Origin: the human T2T-CHM13v2.0 reference genome, Homo sapiens | Assembly: GCF_009914755.1 (NCBI RefSeq) | Contig: NC_060928.1 | DNA: 64,000 nt | Direction: 5' to 3' (one strand) | In this document: piece by piece, positions 42,471 to 58,000 of the stretch | Layout: each line of letters starts with the position of its first letter | Numbering within the stretch: position 1 is the first letter of the stretch | The notes under the pieces: generated by a model | What the model was told of the DNA's origin: nothing | What the model saw: the letters and a program-made list of their open reading frames with translations, nothing else | Databases searched by the model: none | Program-made: the position numbers and the translations under genes

Positions 42471-45400
42471 TATATAATACATGTTTTGGGTACTTTTATA
42501 TTTTATGTACAGTATATAATATATAGTTTGGGTACTTTGATATTTTATGTACGGTATATAATACATACTTTGGGTACTTTGATATTTTATGTACAGTATA
42601 TAATACATACTTTGGGTACTTTGATAATTTATGTACAGTATATAATACATACTTTGGGTACTTTGATATTTAATGTACAGTATATAATACACACTTTGCG
42701 TACTTTGATATTTTATGTAAAGTATGTAATACATACTTTGGGTACTTTGATATTTTATGTACAGTATGTAATACACGCTTTGGGTACTTTGATATTTTAT
42801 GTAGAGTATGTAAAACATACTTTGGGTAGTTTGGTATTTTATGATCAGTATATAATACATATTTTGGGTACTTTGATATTTTATGTACAGTATATAATAC
42901 ATACTTTGGGTACTTTGATATTTTATGTACAGTATATAATGCATAATTTGGGTACTTCAATAGTTTATGCACAGTATATAATACATACTTTGGGTAATTT
43001 GATATTTTATGTACAGTATATAATACATACTTTGGGTACTTTGATAGTTTATGTACAGTATACAATACATACTTTGGGTACTTTGATATTTTATGTACAG
43101 TATATAATATGTAGTTTGGGTACTTTGATATTTTAACTACAGTATATAATACATACTTTGGGTACTTTGATATTTTATCTACAGTATATAATAGATACTT
43201 TGGGTACTTTGATATATTATGTACAGTATATAATACATAGTTTGGTTACTTTGATATTTTTTGTACAGTATGTAAAACATACTTTGGGGAGTTTGATATT
43301 TTATGAACAGTATATAATACACATTTTGGGTACTTTGATATTTTATGTACGGTATATAATACATACTTTGGGTACTTTGATATTTTATGTACAGTATATA
43401 ATTCATACTTTGGGTACTTTGATATTTTATGTACAGTATATAATACATACATTGGGTACTTCGATATTTTATGTGCAGTACCCTATATATAGTTTGGGTA
43501 CTTTGATATTTTATGTCCAGTATAAAATAAATAGTTTTGGTACTTTGATATTTTATGTACAGTATATAGTTTGAGTACTTTGATATTTAATGTTCAGTTT
43601 ATTATAAATGTTTGGGTGCTTTCATATTTTATATACAGTATATAATACATACTTTGGGCACTTTGATATTTTCTGTACAGTATATAATACATACTTTGGG
43701 TACTTTGATATTTTATGTATGGTATATAATACATACAATGGGTACTTTGATATTTTATGTACAGTATATAATATATAGTTTGGTTACTTTGATATTTTAT
43801 ATACAGTATATAATATATATTATGTGTACTTTGATATATTATGTACAGTATATAATATATAGTATGGGTTGTTTGATATTTTATGTACAGTATATAATAT
43901 ATAGTTTGGGTAGTTTGATATTTTTAGTACAGTATGTAATATATAGTTTGTTTTATTTGATATTTTATGTACAGTATACAATATATAGTATTGGTACTTT
44001 GATATTTCATGTAAAGTATATAGTTTGAGTACTTTGATATTTTATATGCAGTTTATTATAAATGTTTGGGTACCTTCATATTTTATGTACAGTATATAAT
44101 ACATACTTTGGGAACTTTTATTTTATGTGCAGTATATAATACATACTTTGGGTACTTTGATATTTCATGTACAGTATATAATACACACTTTGGGTACTTT
44201 GATATTTTATGTACAGTATATAATACATACTTTGGGTACTTTGATGTATTATGTACAGTATATAATACATACTTTGGGTACTTTGATATTTTATGTACAG
44301 TATATAATACATACTTTGGGTACTTTGATATTTTATGTACAGTATGTAATACATAATTTGGGTACTTTAATATTTTATGTGTAGTATATAATACATACTT
44401 TGGGTACTTAGATATTTTATGTACAGTATATAATACATACATTGGGTACTTTCATATTTCATGTACAGTATATAATATATAGTTTGGGTACTTTGGTATA
44501 TTATGTACTGTATATAATACATACTTTGAGTACTTTGATATTTTATGTACAGTATATAATACATACTTTGAGTACTTTGATATTTTATGTACAGTATGTA
44601 ATACATAATTTGGGTACTTTAATATTTTATGTATAGTATATAATACATACTTTGGGTACTTTGATATTTTATGTACAGTATATAATATATACATTGGGTA
44701 CTTTCATATTTCATGTACAGTATATAATATATAGTTTGGGTACTTTGGTATATTATGTACTGTATATAATACATACTTTGAGTACTTTGATATTTTATGT
44801 ACAGTATATAATATATAGTTTGGGTACTTTGATATTTTATATACAATATATAATATGTATTATGTGTACTTTGATATATTCTGTGCAGTATATAATATAT
44901 AGTTTGGGTTGTTTGATATTTTATGTACAGTATATAATATATTGTTTGGGTAGTTTGATATTTTAAGTACAGTATGTAATATATAGTTTGTGTTATTTGA
45001 TATTTTATGTAATGTATACAATATATAGTACTGGTACTTTGATATTTCATGTAAAGTATATAGTTTGAGTACTTTGATATTTTATATACAGTTTATTATA
45101 AATGTTTGGGTACCTTCATATTTTATGTACAGTATATAATACATACTTTGGGAACTTTTATTTTATGTGCAGTATATAATACATACCTTGGGTACTTTGA
45201 TATTTTATGTACAGGATATAATACACACTTTGGGTACTTTGATATTTTATGTACAGTATATAATACACACTTTGGGTAGTTTGATATTTTATGTACAGTA
45301 TATAATACATACTTTGGGTACTTTGATATTTTATGTACAGTATGTAATACATAATTTGGGTACTTTAATATTTTATGTATAGTATATAATACATACTTTG

Positions 45401-48159
45401 GGTACTTTGATATTTTATGTACAGTATATAATACATACATTGGGTACTTTCATATTTCATGTACAGTATATAATATATAGTTTGGGTACTTTGGTATATT
45501 ATGTACTGTATATAATACATACTTTGAGTACTTTGATATTTTATGTACAGTATATAATACATACTTTGCGTACTTTGATATTTTATGTCCAGTATAGAAT
45601 ATATAGTTTTGGTAGTTTGATATTTTATGTACAGTATATAGTTTGAGTACTTTCACATTTTATGTACAGTTTATTATAAATGTTTGGGTGTTTTCATATT
45701 TTATGTACTGTATATAATACATACATTGGGCACTTTGATATATTATGTACAGTATATAATACATACTTTGGGTACTCTGATATTTTATGTACAGTATATA
45801 ATACACACTTTGGGTACTTTGATATTTTATGTACAGGATATAATACATACTTTGGGTACTTTGATTGTTTATGTACAGTATATAATACATAATTTGGGTA
45901 CTTTGATATTTTATGTATAGTATAAAATATACAGTTTGGGTACTTTGATATTTTATGTACAGTATGTAAAACATACTTTGGGGAGTTTGATATTTTATGT
46001 ACAGTATGTAAAACAAAATTTGGGGAGTTTGATATTTTATGAACAGTATATAATACACATTTTGTGTACTTTGGTATTTTATGTACAGTATATAATACAT
46101 ACTTTGGGTACTTTGATATTTTATGTACAGTATATAATACATACTTTGGGTACTTTGATATTTTATGTACAGTATACAATATATAGTTTGAGTACTTTGA
46201 TATTTTATGTACTGTATAAAATATATAGTTTTGGTACTTTGATATTTTATGTACAGTATATAGTTTGAGTACTTTGATATTTTATGTACAGTTTGTTATA
46301 AATATTTGGGTGCTTTCATATTTTATGTACTGTATATAATACATGCTTTAGGCACTTTGATATTTTATGTACAGTATATAATACATACTTTGGGTACTCT
46401 GATATTTTATGTACAGTGTATAATACATACTTTGGGTACTTTGATATTTTATGTACAGTATATAATACATAAATTGGGTACTTTGATATATTATGTACAG
46501 TATATAATACTTACTTGGGGTACTTTGATATTTTATGTATAGTATATAATACATAGTTTGTGTACTTTGATATTTTATGTACAGTATATAATACATACTA
46601 TTGGTACTTTGATATTTTATGTACAGTATACAATATATAGTTTGAGTACTTTGATATTTTATGTCCAGTATAAAATATATAGATTTCGTACTTTGATATT
46701 TTATGTACAGAATATAGTTTGAGTACTTTGATATTTTATGTACACTTTATTATAAAAGTTTGGGTACTTTCATATTTTATGTACAGTATATAATACATAC
46801 TTTGGGCACTTTGATGTTTTATGCACAGTATATAATACATACTTTGGGTACTTTTATATTTTATGTACAGTATATAATACATAGTTTGGGTACTTTGATA
46901 TTTAATATACAGTATATAATGCACACTTTGCGTACTTTGATATTTTATGTAAAGTATGTAATACATACTTTGGGTAGTTTGATATTTTATGTACAGTATG
47001 TAATACACACTTTGGGTACTTTGATATTTTATGTACAGTATGTAAAACATACTTTGGGTAGTTTGATATATTATGATCAGTATATAATACACATTTTGGG
47101 TACTTTGATATTTTATGTACAGTGTATAATACATACTTTGGGTACTTTGATATTTTATGTACAGGATATAATGCATACTTTGGGTACTTTGATAGTTTAT
47201 GTACAGTATATAATACTTACTTTGGGTACTTTGATATTTTATATATAGTATAAAATATATAGTTTGGGTAGTTTGATACTTTAAGTATAGTATATGATAC
47301 ATATTTTTAGTACTTAGATATTTTATCTACAGTGTATAATAAATACTATGGGTACTTTGATATATTATGTACAATAGATAATACATGCTTTGGGTACTTT
47401 GGTATTTTATGTACAGTATATAATACATACTTTGCGTACTTTGATATTTTATGTACAGTATATAATACATACATTGGGTGCTTTCATATTTCATGTACAC
47501 TATATAATATATAGTTTGGGTACTTTGGTATATTATGTACTGTATATAATACATACTTTGAGTATTTTGATATTTTATGTACAGTATATAATACATACTT
47601 TGGGTACTTTGATATTTTATGTACAGTATATAATGCATAATTTGGGTACTTCAATAGTTTATGCACAGTATATAATACATACTTTGGGTAATTTGATATT
47701 TTATGTACAGTATATAATGCATACTTTGGGTACTTTGATAGTTTATGTACAGTATACAATACATACTTTGGGTACTTTGATATTTTATGTACAGTATATA
47801 ATATGTAGTTTGGGTACTTTGATATTTTAACTACAGTATGTAATACATACTTTGGGTACTTTGATATTTTATCTACAGTATATAACAGATACTTTGGGTA
47901 CTTTGATATATTATGTACAGTATATAATACATAGTTTGGTTACTTTGATATTTTTTGTACAGTATGTAAAACATACTTTGGGGAGTTTGATATTTTATGA
48001 ACAGTATATAATACACATTTTGGGTACTTTGATATTTTATGTACGGTATATAATACATACTTTGGGTACTTTGATATTTTATGTACAGTATATAATTCAT
48101 ACTTTGGGTACTTTGATATTTTATGTACAGTATATAATACATACTTTGGGTACTTTGAT
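42471..48159. repeat. 5.7-kb segment, copy 2 (of 33191-38879)
   Basis: As for copy 1; only about six substitutions noticed by eye (e.g. 34637 C / 43917 G). Confidence 0.9.
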
Positions 48160-49692
48160 ATTTTATGTACAGTATATAATGCATACTTTAGGTACTTTGA
48201 TAGTTTATGTACAGTATATAATACATACTTTGGGTACTTTGATATTTTATGTACAGTATATAATACATACTTTGGGTACTTTGATATTTTATGTACAGTA
48301 TATAATTCATACTTTGGGTACTTTGATATTTTATGTACAGGATATAATGCATACTTTGGGTAGTTTTATATTTTATGTACAGTATATAATATATAGTTTG
48401 GGTACTTTGATATTTTATGTACGGTATATAATACATAGTTTGGGTACTTTGATATTTTATGTATAGTATATAATACATACTTTGTGTACTTTGATATTGT
48501 ATGTACAGTATACAATATATAGTTTGAGTAGTTTGATATTTTATGTACTGTATAAAATATATAGTTTTGGTACTTTGATATTTTATGTATAGTATATAGT
48601 TTGAGTACTTTGATATTTTATGTACAGTTTTTTATAAATATTTCGGTGCTTTCATATTTTATGTACAGTATATAATACACACTAAGCGCACTTTGATATT
48701 TTATGTACAGTATATAATACATACTTTGGTTACTCTGATATTTTATGTACAGTGTATAATACATACTTTGGGTACTTTGATATTTTATGTACAATATATA
48801 ATACATACGTTGGGAACTTTGATATATTATGTACAGTATATAATTCATACTTTGGGTACTTTGATATTTTATGTACAGTATATAATACATAGTTTTTGTA
48901 CTTTGATATTTTATGTACAGTATATAATACATACTTTGGGTACTTTGATATTTTATATACAGTATATAATACATACTTTGGGTACTTTCATGTTTTATGT
49001 ACAGTATATAATATATAGTTTGGGTACTTTGATATTTTATATACAGCTTATAATACATACTTTGGGTACTTTGATATTTTATATACAGTATATAATACAT
49101 ACTTTGGGTAGTTTGATATTTTATGTACAGTATACAATATATAGTTTGAGTAATTTGATATTTTATGTACAGTATACAATATATAGTTTGAGTACTTTGA
49201 TATTTTATGTGCAATATAAAATATATAGTTTTGGTACTTTGATATTTTATGTACAGTTTATAGTTTGAGTACTTTGATATTTTATGTACAGTTTATTATA
49301 AATGTTTGGGTACTTTCATATTTGATGTACAGTATATAATACATTATTTGGGCACTTTGATATTTTATGTACCGTATATAATACATACTTTGGGTACTTT
49401 TCTATTTTATGTACACTATATAATACATACTTTGGGTACTTTGATATTTAATGTACAGTATATAATACACACTTTGCGTACTTTGATATTTTATGTAAAG
49501 CATGTAATACATACTTTGGGCAGTTTGATATTTTATGTACAGTATGTAATACACACTTTGGGTACTTTGATATTTTATGTACGGTATGTAAAACATACTT
49601 TGCGTAGTTTGATATATTATGTACAGTAGATAATACATACTTTGGGTACTCTGATATTTTATGTACAGTGTATAATACATACTTTGGGTACT

Positions 49693-52085
49693 TTGATATT
49701 TTATGTACAGTATATAATACATACATTGGGTACTTTGATATATTATGCACAGTATATAATACTTACTTGGGGTACTTTGATATTTTATGTACAGTATATA
49801 ATACATACTTTGTGTACTTTGATATTTTATGTACCTTATATAATACATAATTTGGGTACTTTGATATTTTATGTACAGTATATAATACATACTTTGGGTA
49901 TCTTGATATTTTATATACAGTATATAATGCATATTTTGGGTACTTTGATATTTTATGTACAGTATATAATGCATACTTTGAGTACTTTGATATTTTATGT
50001 ACAGTATATAATGCATACTTTGAGTACTTTGATATTTTATGTACAGTAAGTAATACATACTTTGGGTACTTTGATATTTTATGTATAGTATATAATACAT
50101 AGTTTGTGTAGTTTGATATTTTATGTACAGTATACAATATATAGTTTGAGTACTTTGATATTTTATGTCCAGTATAAAATATATAGTTTTCCTAATTGAT
50201 ATTTTATGTACAGAATATAGTTTGAGTACTTTGATATATTATGTACACTTTATTATAAATGTTTGGGTACTTTCATATTTTATGTACAGTATATAATACA
50301 TACTTTGGTCTCTTTGATGTTTTATGTACAGTATATAATACATACTTTGGGTTCTTTGATATTTTATGTGCAGAATATAATGCATAGTTTTAGGTACTTT
50401 TATATTTTATGTACAGTATATAATACATACTTTGGGTACTTTGATATTTTATGTACAGTATATGATACATACTTTGGGAACTTTGATATTTTATGTACAG
50501 TATGTAATACATACTTTGGGTACTTTGATATTTTATGTACAGTATATAATACATATTATTGGTACTTTGATATTTTATGTACAGTATACAATACATAGTT
50601 AGAGTACTTTGATATTTTATGTCCAGTATAAAATACATAGATTTCATACTTTGATATTTTATGTACAGAATATAGTTTGAGTACTTTGATATTTTATGTA
50701 CACTTTATCATAAAAGTTTGGGTACTTTCATATTTTACGTACAGTATATAATACATACTTTGGGCACTTTGATGTTTTATGTACAGTATATAATACATAC
50801 TTTGGGTTCTTTGATATGTTATGTACAGCATATAGTACATAATTTGGGGACTTTTATATTTTATGTACATTATATAATACATACTTTGGGTACTTTTATA
50901 TTTTATGTACGGTATATAATACATACTTTGGGTACTTTGATATATTATGTACAGTATATAATACATACTTTGGGTACTTTGATATATAATGTACAGTATA
51001 TAATACATACTTAGGGTACTTTGATATTTTATGTACAGTACATAATACATACTTTGGGTACTTTGATATTTTATGTACAGTATGTAATACATACTTTGGG
51101 TACTTTGATATTTTATGTACAGTATATAATACATGTTTTGGGTACTTTTATATTTTATGTACAGTATATAATATATAGTTTGGGTACTTTGATATTTTAT
51201 GTACGGTATATAATACATACTCTGGGAACTTTGATATTTTATGTACAGTATATAATACATACTTTGGGTACTTTGATATTTTATGTACAGTATATAATAC
51301 ATACTTTGGGTACTTTGATATTTAATGTACAGTATATAATACACACTTTGCGTACTTTGATATTTTATGTAAAGTATGTAATACATACTTTGGGTACTTT
51401 GATATTTTATCTACAGTATGTAATACACGCTTTGGGTGCTTTGATATTTTATGTAGAGTTTGTAAAACATACTTTGGGTAGTTTGGTATTTTATGATCAG
51501 TATATAATACATATTTTGGGTACTTTGATATTTTAACTACAGTATATAATACATACTTTGGGTACTTTGATATTTTATCTACAGTATATAATAGATACTT
51601 TGGGTACTTTGATATATTATGTACAGTATATAATACATAGTTTGGTTACTTTGATATTTTTTGTACAGTATGTAAAACATACTTTGGGGAGTTTGATATT
51701 TTATGAACAGTATATAATACACATTTTGGGTACTTTGATATTTTATGTACGGTATATAATACATACTTTGGGTACTTTGATATTTTATGTACAGTATATA
51801 ATTCATACTTTGGGTACTTTGATATTTTATGTACAGTATATAATACATACATTGGGTACTTCGATATTTTATGTGCAGTACCATATATATAGTTTGGGTA
51901 CTTTGATATTTTATGTCCAGTATAAAATAAATAGTTTTGGTACTTTGATATTTTATGTACAGTATATAGTTTGAGTACTTTGATATTTAATGTACAGTTT
52001 ATTATAAATGTTTGGGTGCTTTCATATTTTATATACAGTATATAATACATACTTTGGGCACTTTGATATTTTCTGTACAGTATAT
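49693..52085. repeat. Copy of about 40915-43700 (offset 8778 stepping to 8652 and 8400 by whole-monomer indels)
   Basis: ORF pairs 40985/49763, 41485/50263, 41940/50718 (8778) and 43158/51558 (8400); shared GTACCTTATA, CAGTAAGTAA, TATATGATAC. Confidence 0.82.
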
Positions 52086-52094
52086 ATTACATAC

Positions 52095-55040
52095 TTTGGG
52101 TACTTTGATATTTTATGTACAGTATACAATATATAGTTTGAGTACTTTGATATTTTATGTACTGTATAAAATATATAGTTTTGGTACTTTGATATTTTAT
52201 GTACAGTATATAGATTGAGTACTTTGATATTTTATGTACAGTTTGTTATAAATGTTTGGGTGCTTTCATATTTTATGTACTGTATATAATACATGCTTTG
52301 GGCACTTTGATATTTTATGTACAGTATATAATACATACTTTGGGTACTCTGATATTTTATGTACAGTGTATAATACATACTTTGGGTACTTTGATATTTT
52401 ATGTACAGTATATAATACATACATTGGGTACTTTGATATATTATGTACAGTATATAATACTTACTTGGGGTACTTTGATATTTTATGTACAGTATATAAT
52501 ACATAGTTTGTGTACTTTGATATTTTATGTACAGTATATAATACATACTTTGGGTACTTTGATATTTTATGTACAGTATATAATACATACTTTGGGTATC
52601 TTGACATTTTATGTACAGTATGTAATGCATACTTTGGGTACTTTGATATTTTATGTACAGTATGTAATACATACTTTGGGTACTTTGATATTTTATGTAT
52701 AGTATATAATACATACTTTGTGTAGTTTGATATTTTATGTACAGTATACAATATATAGTTTGAGTACTTTGTTATTTTATGTCCAGTATAAAATATATAG
52801 TTTTTGTAATTGATATTTTATGTACAGAATATAGTTTGAGTACTTTGATATTTTATGTACACTTTATTATAAATGTTTGGGTACTTTCATATTTTATGTA
52901 CAGTATATAATACATACATTGGTCTCTTTGATGTTTTATGTACAGTATATAATACATACTTTGTGTTCTTTGATATTTTATGGACAGAATATAATGCATA
53001 GTATTAGGTACTTTTATATTTTATGTACAGTATATAATACATACTTTGGGTACTTTGATATTTTATGTACAGTATATAATACATACTTTGGGAACTTTGA
53101 TATTTTATGTACAGTATGTAATACATACTTTGGGTACTTTGATATTTTATGTACACTATATAATACATACTATTGGTACTTTGATATTTTATGTACAGTA
53201 TACAATATATAGTTTGAGTACTTTGATATTTTATGTCCAGTATAAAATATATAGATTTCATACTTTGATATTTTATGTACTGAATGTAGTTTGAGTACTT
53301 TGATATTTTATGTACACTTTATTATAAAAGTTTGGGTACTTTCATATTTTACGTACAGTATATAATACATACTTTGGGCACTTTGATGTTTTATGTACAG
53401 TATATAATACATACTTTGGGTTCTTTGATATTTTATGTACAGCATATAATACATAATTTGGGGACTTTTATATTTTATGTACATTATATTATACATACTT
53501 TGGGTACTTTTATATTTTATGTACGGTATATAATACATACTTTGGGTACTTTGATATATTATGTACAGTATATAATACATACCTTGGGTACTTTGATATA
53601 TTATGTACAGTATATAATACATACTAAGGGTACTTTGACATTTTATGTACAGTACATAATACATACTTTGGGAACTTTGATATTTTATGTACAGTATATA
53701 ATGCATACTTTGGATACTTTGATATTTTATGTACAGTATATAATACATATTTTGGGTACTTTGATATTTTATGTACAGTATGTAATACATAATTTGGGTA
53801 ATTTAATATTTTATTTATAGTATATAATACATACTTTGGGTACTTTGATATTTTATGGACAGTGTATAATACATACTTTTGGTATTCTGATATTTTATGT
53901 ACAGTGTATAATATATAGTTTGGGTACTTTGGTATTTTATATACAGTATATAATACATACTTTGGGTACTTTGATATTTTATGTACAGTATATAATACAT
54001 ACTTTGGGTACTTTGATATTTTATGTACAGTATATAATACATACTTTGGGTACTTTGATATTTTATGCACAGTATACAATATATAGTTTGAGTACTTTGA
54101 TATTTTATGTACTGTATAAAGTATATAGTTTTGGTACTTTGATATTTTATGTACAGTATATAGTTTGAGTACTTTGATATTTTATGTACAGTTTGTTATA
54201 AATGTTTGGGTGCTTTCATATTTTATGTACTGTATATAATACATGCTTTGGGCACTTTGATATTTTATGTACAGTATATAATACATACTTTGGGTACTCT
54301 GATATTTTATGTACAGTGTATAATACATACTTTGGGTACTTTGATATTTTATGTACAGTATATAATACATACATTGGGTACTTTGATATATTATGTACAG
54401 TATATAATACTTACTTGGGGTACTTTGATATTTTATGTACAGTATATAATACATACTTTGTGTACTTTGATATTTTATGTACAGTATATAATACATACTT
54501 TGGGTACTTTGATATTTTATGTACAGTATATAATACATACTTTGGGTATCTTGACATTTTATGTACAGTATATAATGCATACTTTGGGTACTTTGATATT
54601 TTATGTACAGTATATAATGCATACTTTGGGTACTTTGATATTTTTTGTACAGTATGTAATACATACTTTGGGTACTTTGATATTTTATGTATAGTATATA
54701 ATACATACTTTGTGTAGTTTGATATTTTATGTACAGTATACAATATATAGTTTGAGTACTTTGTTATTTTATGTCCAGTTTAAAATATATAGTTTTCGTA
54801 ATTGATATTTTATGTACAGAATATAGTTTGAGTACTTTGATATTTTATGTACACTTTATTATAAATGTTTGGGTACTTTCATATTTTATGTACAGTATAT
54901 AATACATACATTGGTCTCTTTGATGTTTTATGTACAGTATATAATACATACTTTGGGTTCTTTGATATTTTATGTACAGAATATAATGCATAGTATTAGG
55001 TACTTTTATATTTTATGTACAGTATATAATACATACTTTG
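52095..55040. repeat. Direct repeat of an approximately 1-kb segment at offset 1950/1992
   Basis: Block starts 52256/54206 and 52877/54869; private shared variants TATCTTGACATT, CATACATTGGTCTCT, GCATAGTATTAGGTAC. Confidence 0.78.
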
Positions 55041-55059
55041 GGTACTTTTATATTTTATG

Positions 55060-58000
55060 TACAGTATATAATACATACTTTGGGTACTTTGATATTTAAT
55101 GTACAGTATATAATGCACACTTTGCGTACTGTGATATTTTATGTAAAGTATGTAATACATACTGTGGGTAGTTTGATATTTTATGTACAGTATGTAATAC
55201 ACACTTTGGGTACTTTGATATTTTATGTATAGTATATAATACATACTTTGGGTACTTTGATATTTTATGTACAGTATGTAATACATAATTTGGGTAATTT
55301 AATATTTTATGTATAGTATATAATACATACTTTGGGTACTTTGATATTTTATGGACAGTGTATAATACATACTTTGGGTACTTTGATATTTTATGTACAG
55401 TGTATAATATATAGTTTGGGTACTTTGATATTTTATATACAGTATATAATACATACTTTGGGTACTTTGATATTTTATGTACAGTATATAATATATAGTT
55501 TGGGTACTTTGATATTTTATGTACGGTATATAATACATACTTTGGGTACTTTGATATTTTATGCACAGTATACAATATATAGTTTGAGTACTTTGATATT
55601 TTATGTACAGTATACAATATATAGTTTGAGTACTTTGATATTTTATGTGCAGTATAAAATATATAGTGTTGGTAGTTTGATGTTTTATGTACAGTATATA
55701 TTTTGAGTACTTTGATATTTTATGTACAGTTTATTATAAATGTTTGGGTAGTTTCATATTTGACGTACAGTATATAATACATAATTTGGGCACTTTGATA
55801 TTTTATGTACAGTATATAATACATACTTTGGGTAATTTTATATTTTATGTACAGTATATATTACATACTTTGGGTTTTTTGATATTTAATGTACAGTATA
55901 TAATGCACACTTTGCGTACTGTGATATTTTATGTAAAGTATGTAATACATACTGTGGGTAGTTTAATATTTTATGTACAGTATGTAATACACACTTTGGG
56001 TACTTTGATATTTTATGTTCAGTATGTAAAACATACTTTGGGTAGTTTAATATTTTATGATGAGTATATAATACACATTTTGGGTACTTTGATATTTTAT
56101 GTACAGTGTATAATACATACTTTGGGTACTTTGATATTTTATGTACAGGATATAATGCATATTTTGGGTACTTTGATAGTTTATGTACAGTATATAATAC
56201 ATACTTTGGGTACTTTGATATTTTATGTATAGTATAAAATATATAGTTCGGGTAGTTTGATATTTTATGTACAGTATGTAAAACATACTTTGGGGAGTTT
56301 GATATTTTATGAACAGTATATAATACACATTTTGTGTACTTTGATATTTTATGTACAGTATATATTACATACTTTGGGTACTTTGATATTTTATGTACAG
56401 TATACAATATATACTTTGAGTAATTTGATATTTTATGTACTGTATAAAATATATAGTTTTGGTAGTTTGATGTTTTATGTACAGTATATATTTTGAGTAC
56501 TTTGATATTTTATGTACAGTTTATTATAAATGTTTCGGTACTTTCATATTTACGTACAGTATATAATACATACTTTGGGCACTTTGATGTTTTATGTACA
56601 GTATATAATACATACTTTGGGTTCTTTGATATTTTATGTACAGCATATAATACATAATTTGGGGACTTTTATATTTTATGTACATTATATTATACATACT
56701 TTGGGTACTTTTATTTTTTATATACGGTATATAATACATACTTTGGGTACTTTGATATATTATGTACAGTATATAATACATACTTTGGGTACTTTGATAT
56801 ATTATGTACAGTATATAATACATACTAAGGGTACTTTGACATTTTATGTACAGTACATAATACATACTTTGGGTACTTTGATATTTTATGTACAGTATAT
56901 AATGCATACTTTGGATACTTTGATATTTTATGTACAGTATATAATACATACTTTGGGTACTTTGATATTTTATGTACAGTATGTAATACATAATTTGGGT
57001 ACTTTAATATTTTATGTATAGTATATAATACATACTTTGGGTACTTTGATATTTTATGGACAGTGTATAATACATACTTTGGGTACTTTGATATTTTATG
57101 TACAGTATATAATATATAGTTTGGGTACTTTGACATTTTATATACAGTATATAATACATACTTTGGGTACTTTGATATTTTGTGTACAGTATATAATACA
57201 TACTTTGGGTACTTTGATATTTTATGCACAGTATACAATATATAGTTTGAGTACTTTGATATTTTATGTACTGTATAAAATATATAGTTTTGGTACTTTG
57301 ATATTTTATGTACAGTATATAGTTTGAGTACTTTGATATTTTATGTACAGTTTGTTAAAAATGTTTGGGTGCTTTCATATTTTATGTACAGTATATAATA
57401 CATACTTTGGGCACTTTGATATTTTATGTACAGTATACAATACATACTATTGGTACTTTGATATTTTATGTACAGTATACAATATATAGTTTGAGTACTT
57501 TGATATATTATGTCCAGTATAAAATATATAGATTTCATAATTTGATATTTTTGTACTGAATGTAGTTTGAGTACTTTGATATTTTATGTACACTTTATTA
57601 TAAAAGTTTGGGTACTTTGATATTTTACATACAGTATATAATACATACTTTGGGCACTTTGATGTTTTATGTACAGTATATAATACATACTTTGGGTTCT
57701 TTGATATTTTATGTACAGCATATAATACATAATTTGGGGACTTTTATATTTTATGTACATTATATTATACATACTTTGGGTACTTTTATATTTTATGTAC
57801 GGTATATAATACACACTTTGGGCACTTTGATATTTTATGTACAGTATATAATACATACTTTGGGTACTTTGATATTTTATGTACAGTATATAATACATAC
57901 TTTGGGAACTTTGATATTTTATGTACAGTATGTAAAACATACTTTGGGTACTTTGATATTTTATGTACAGTATATAATACATACTATTGGTACTTTGATA

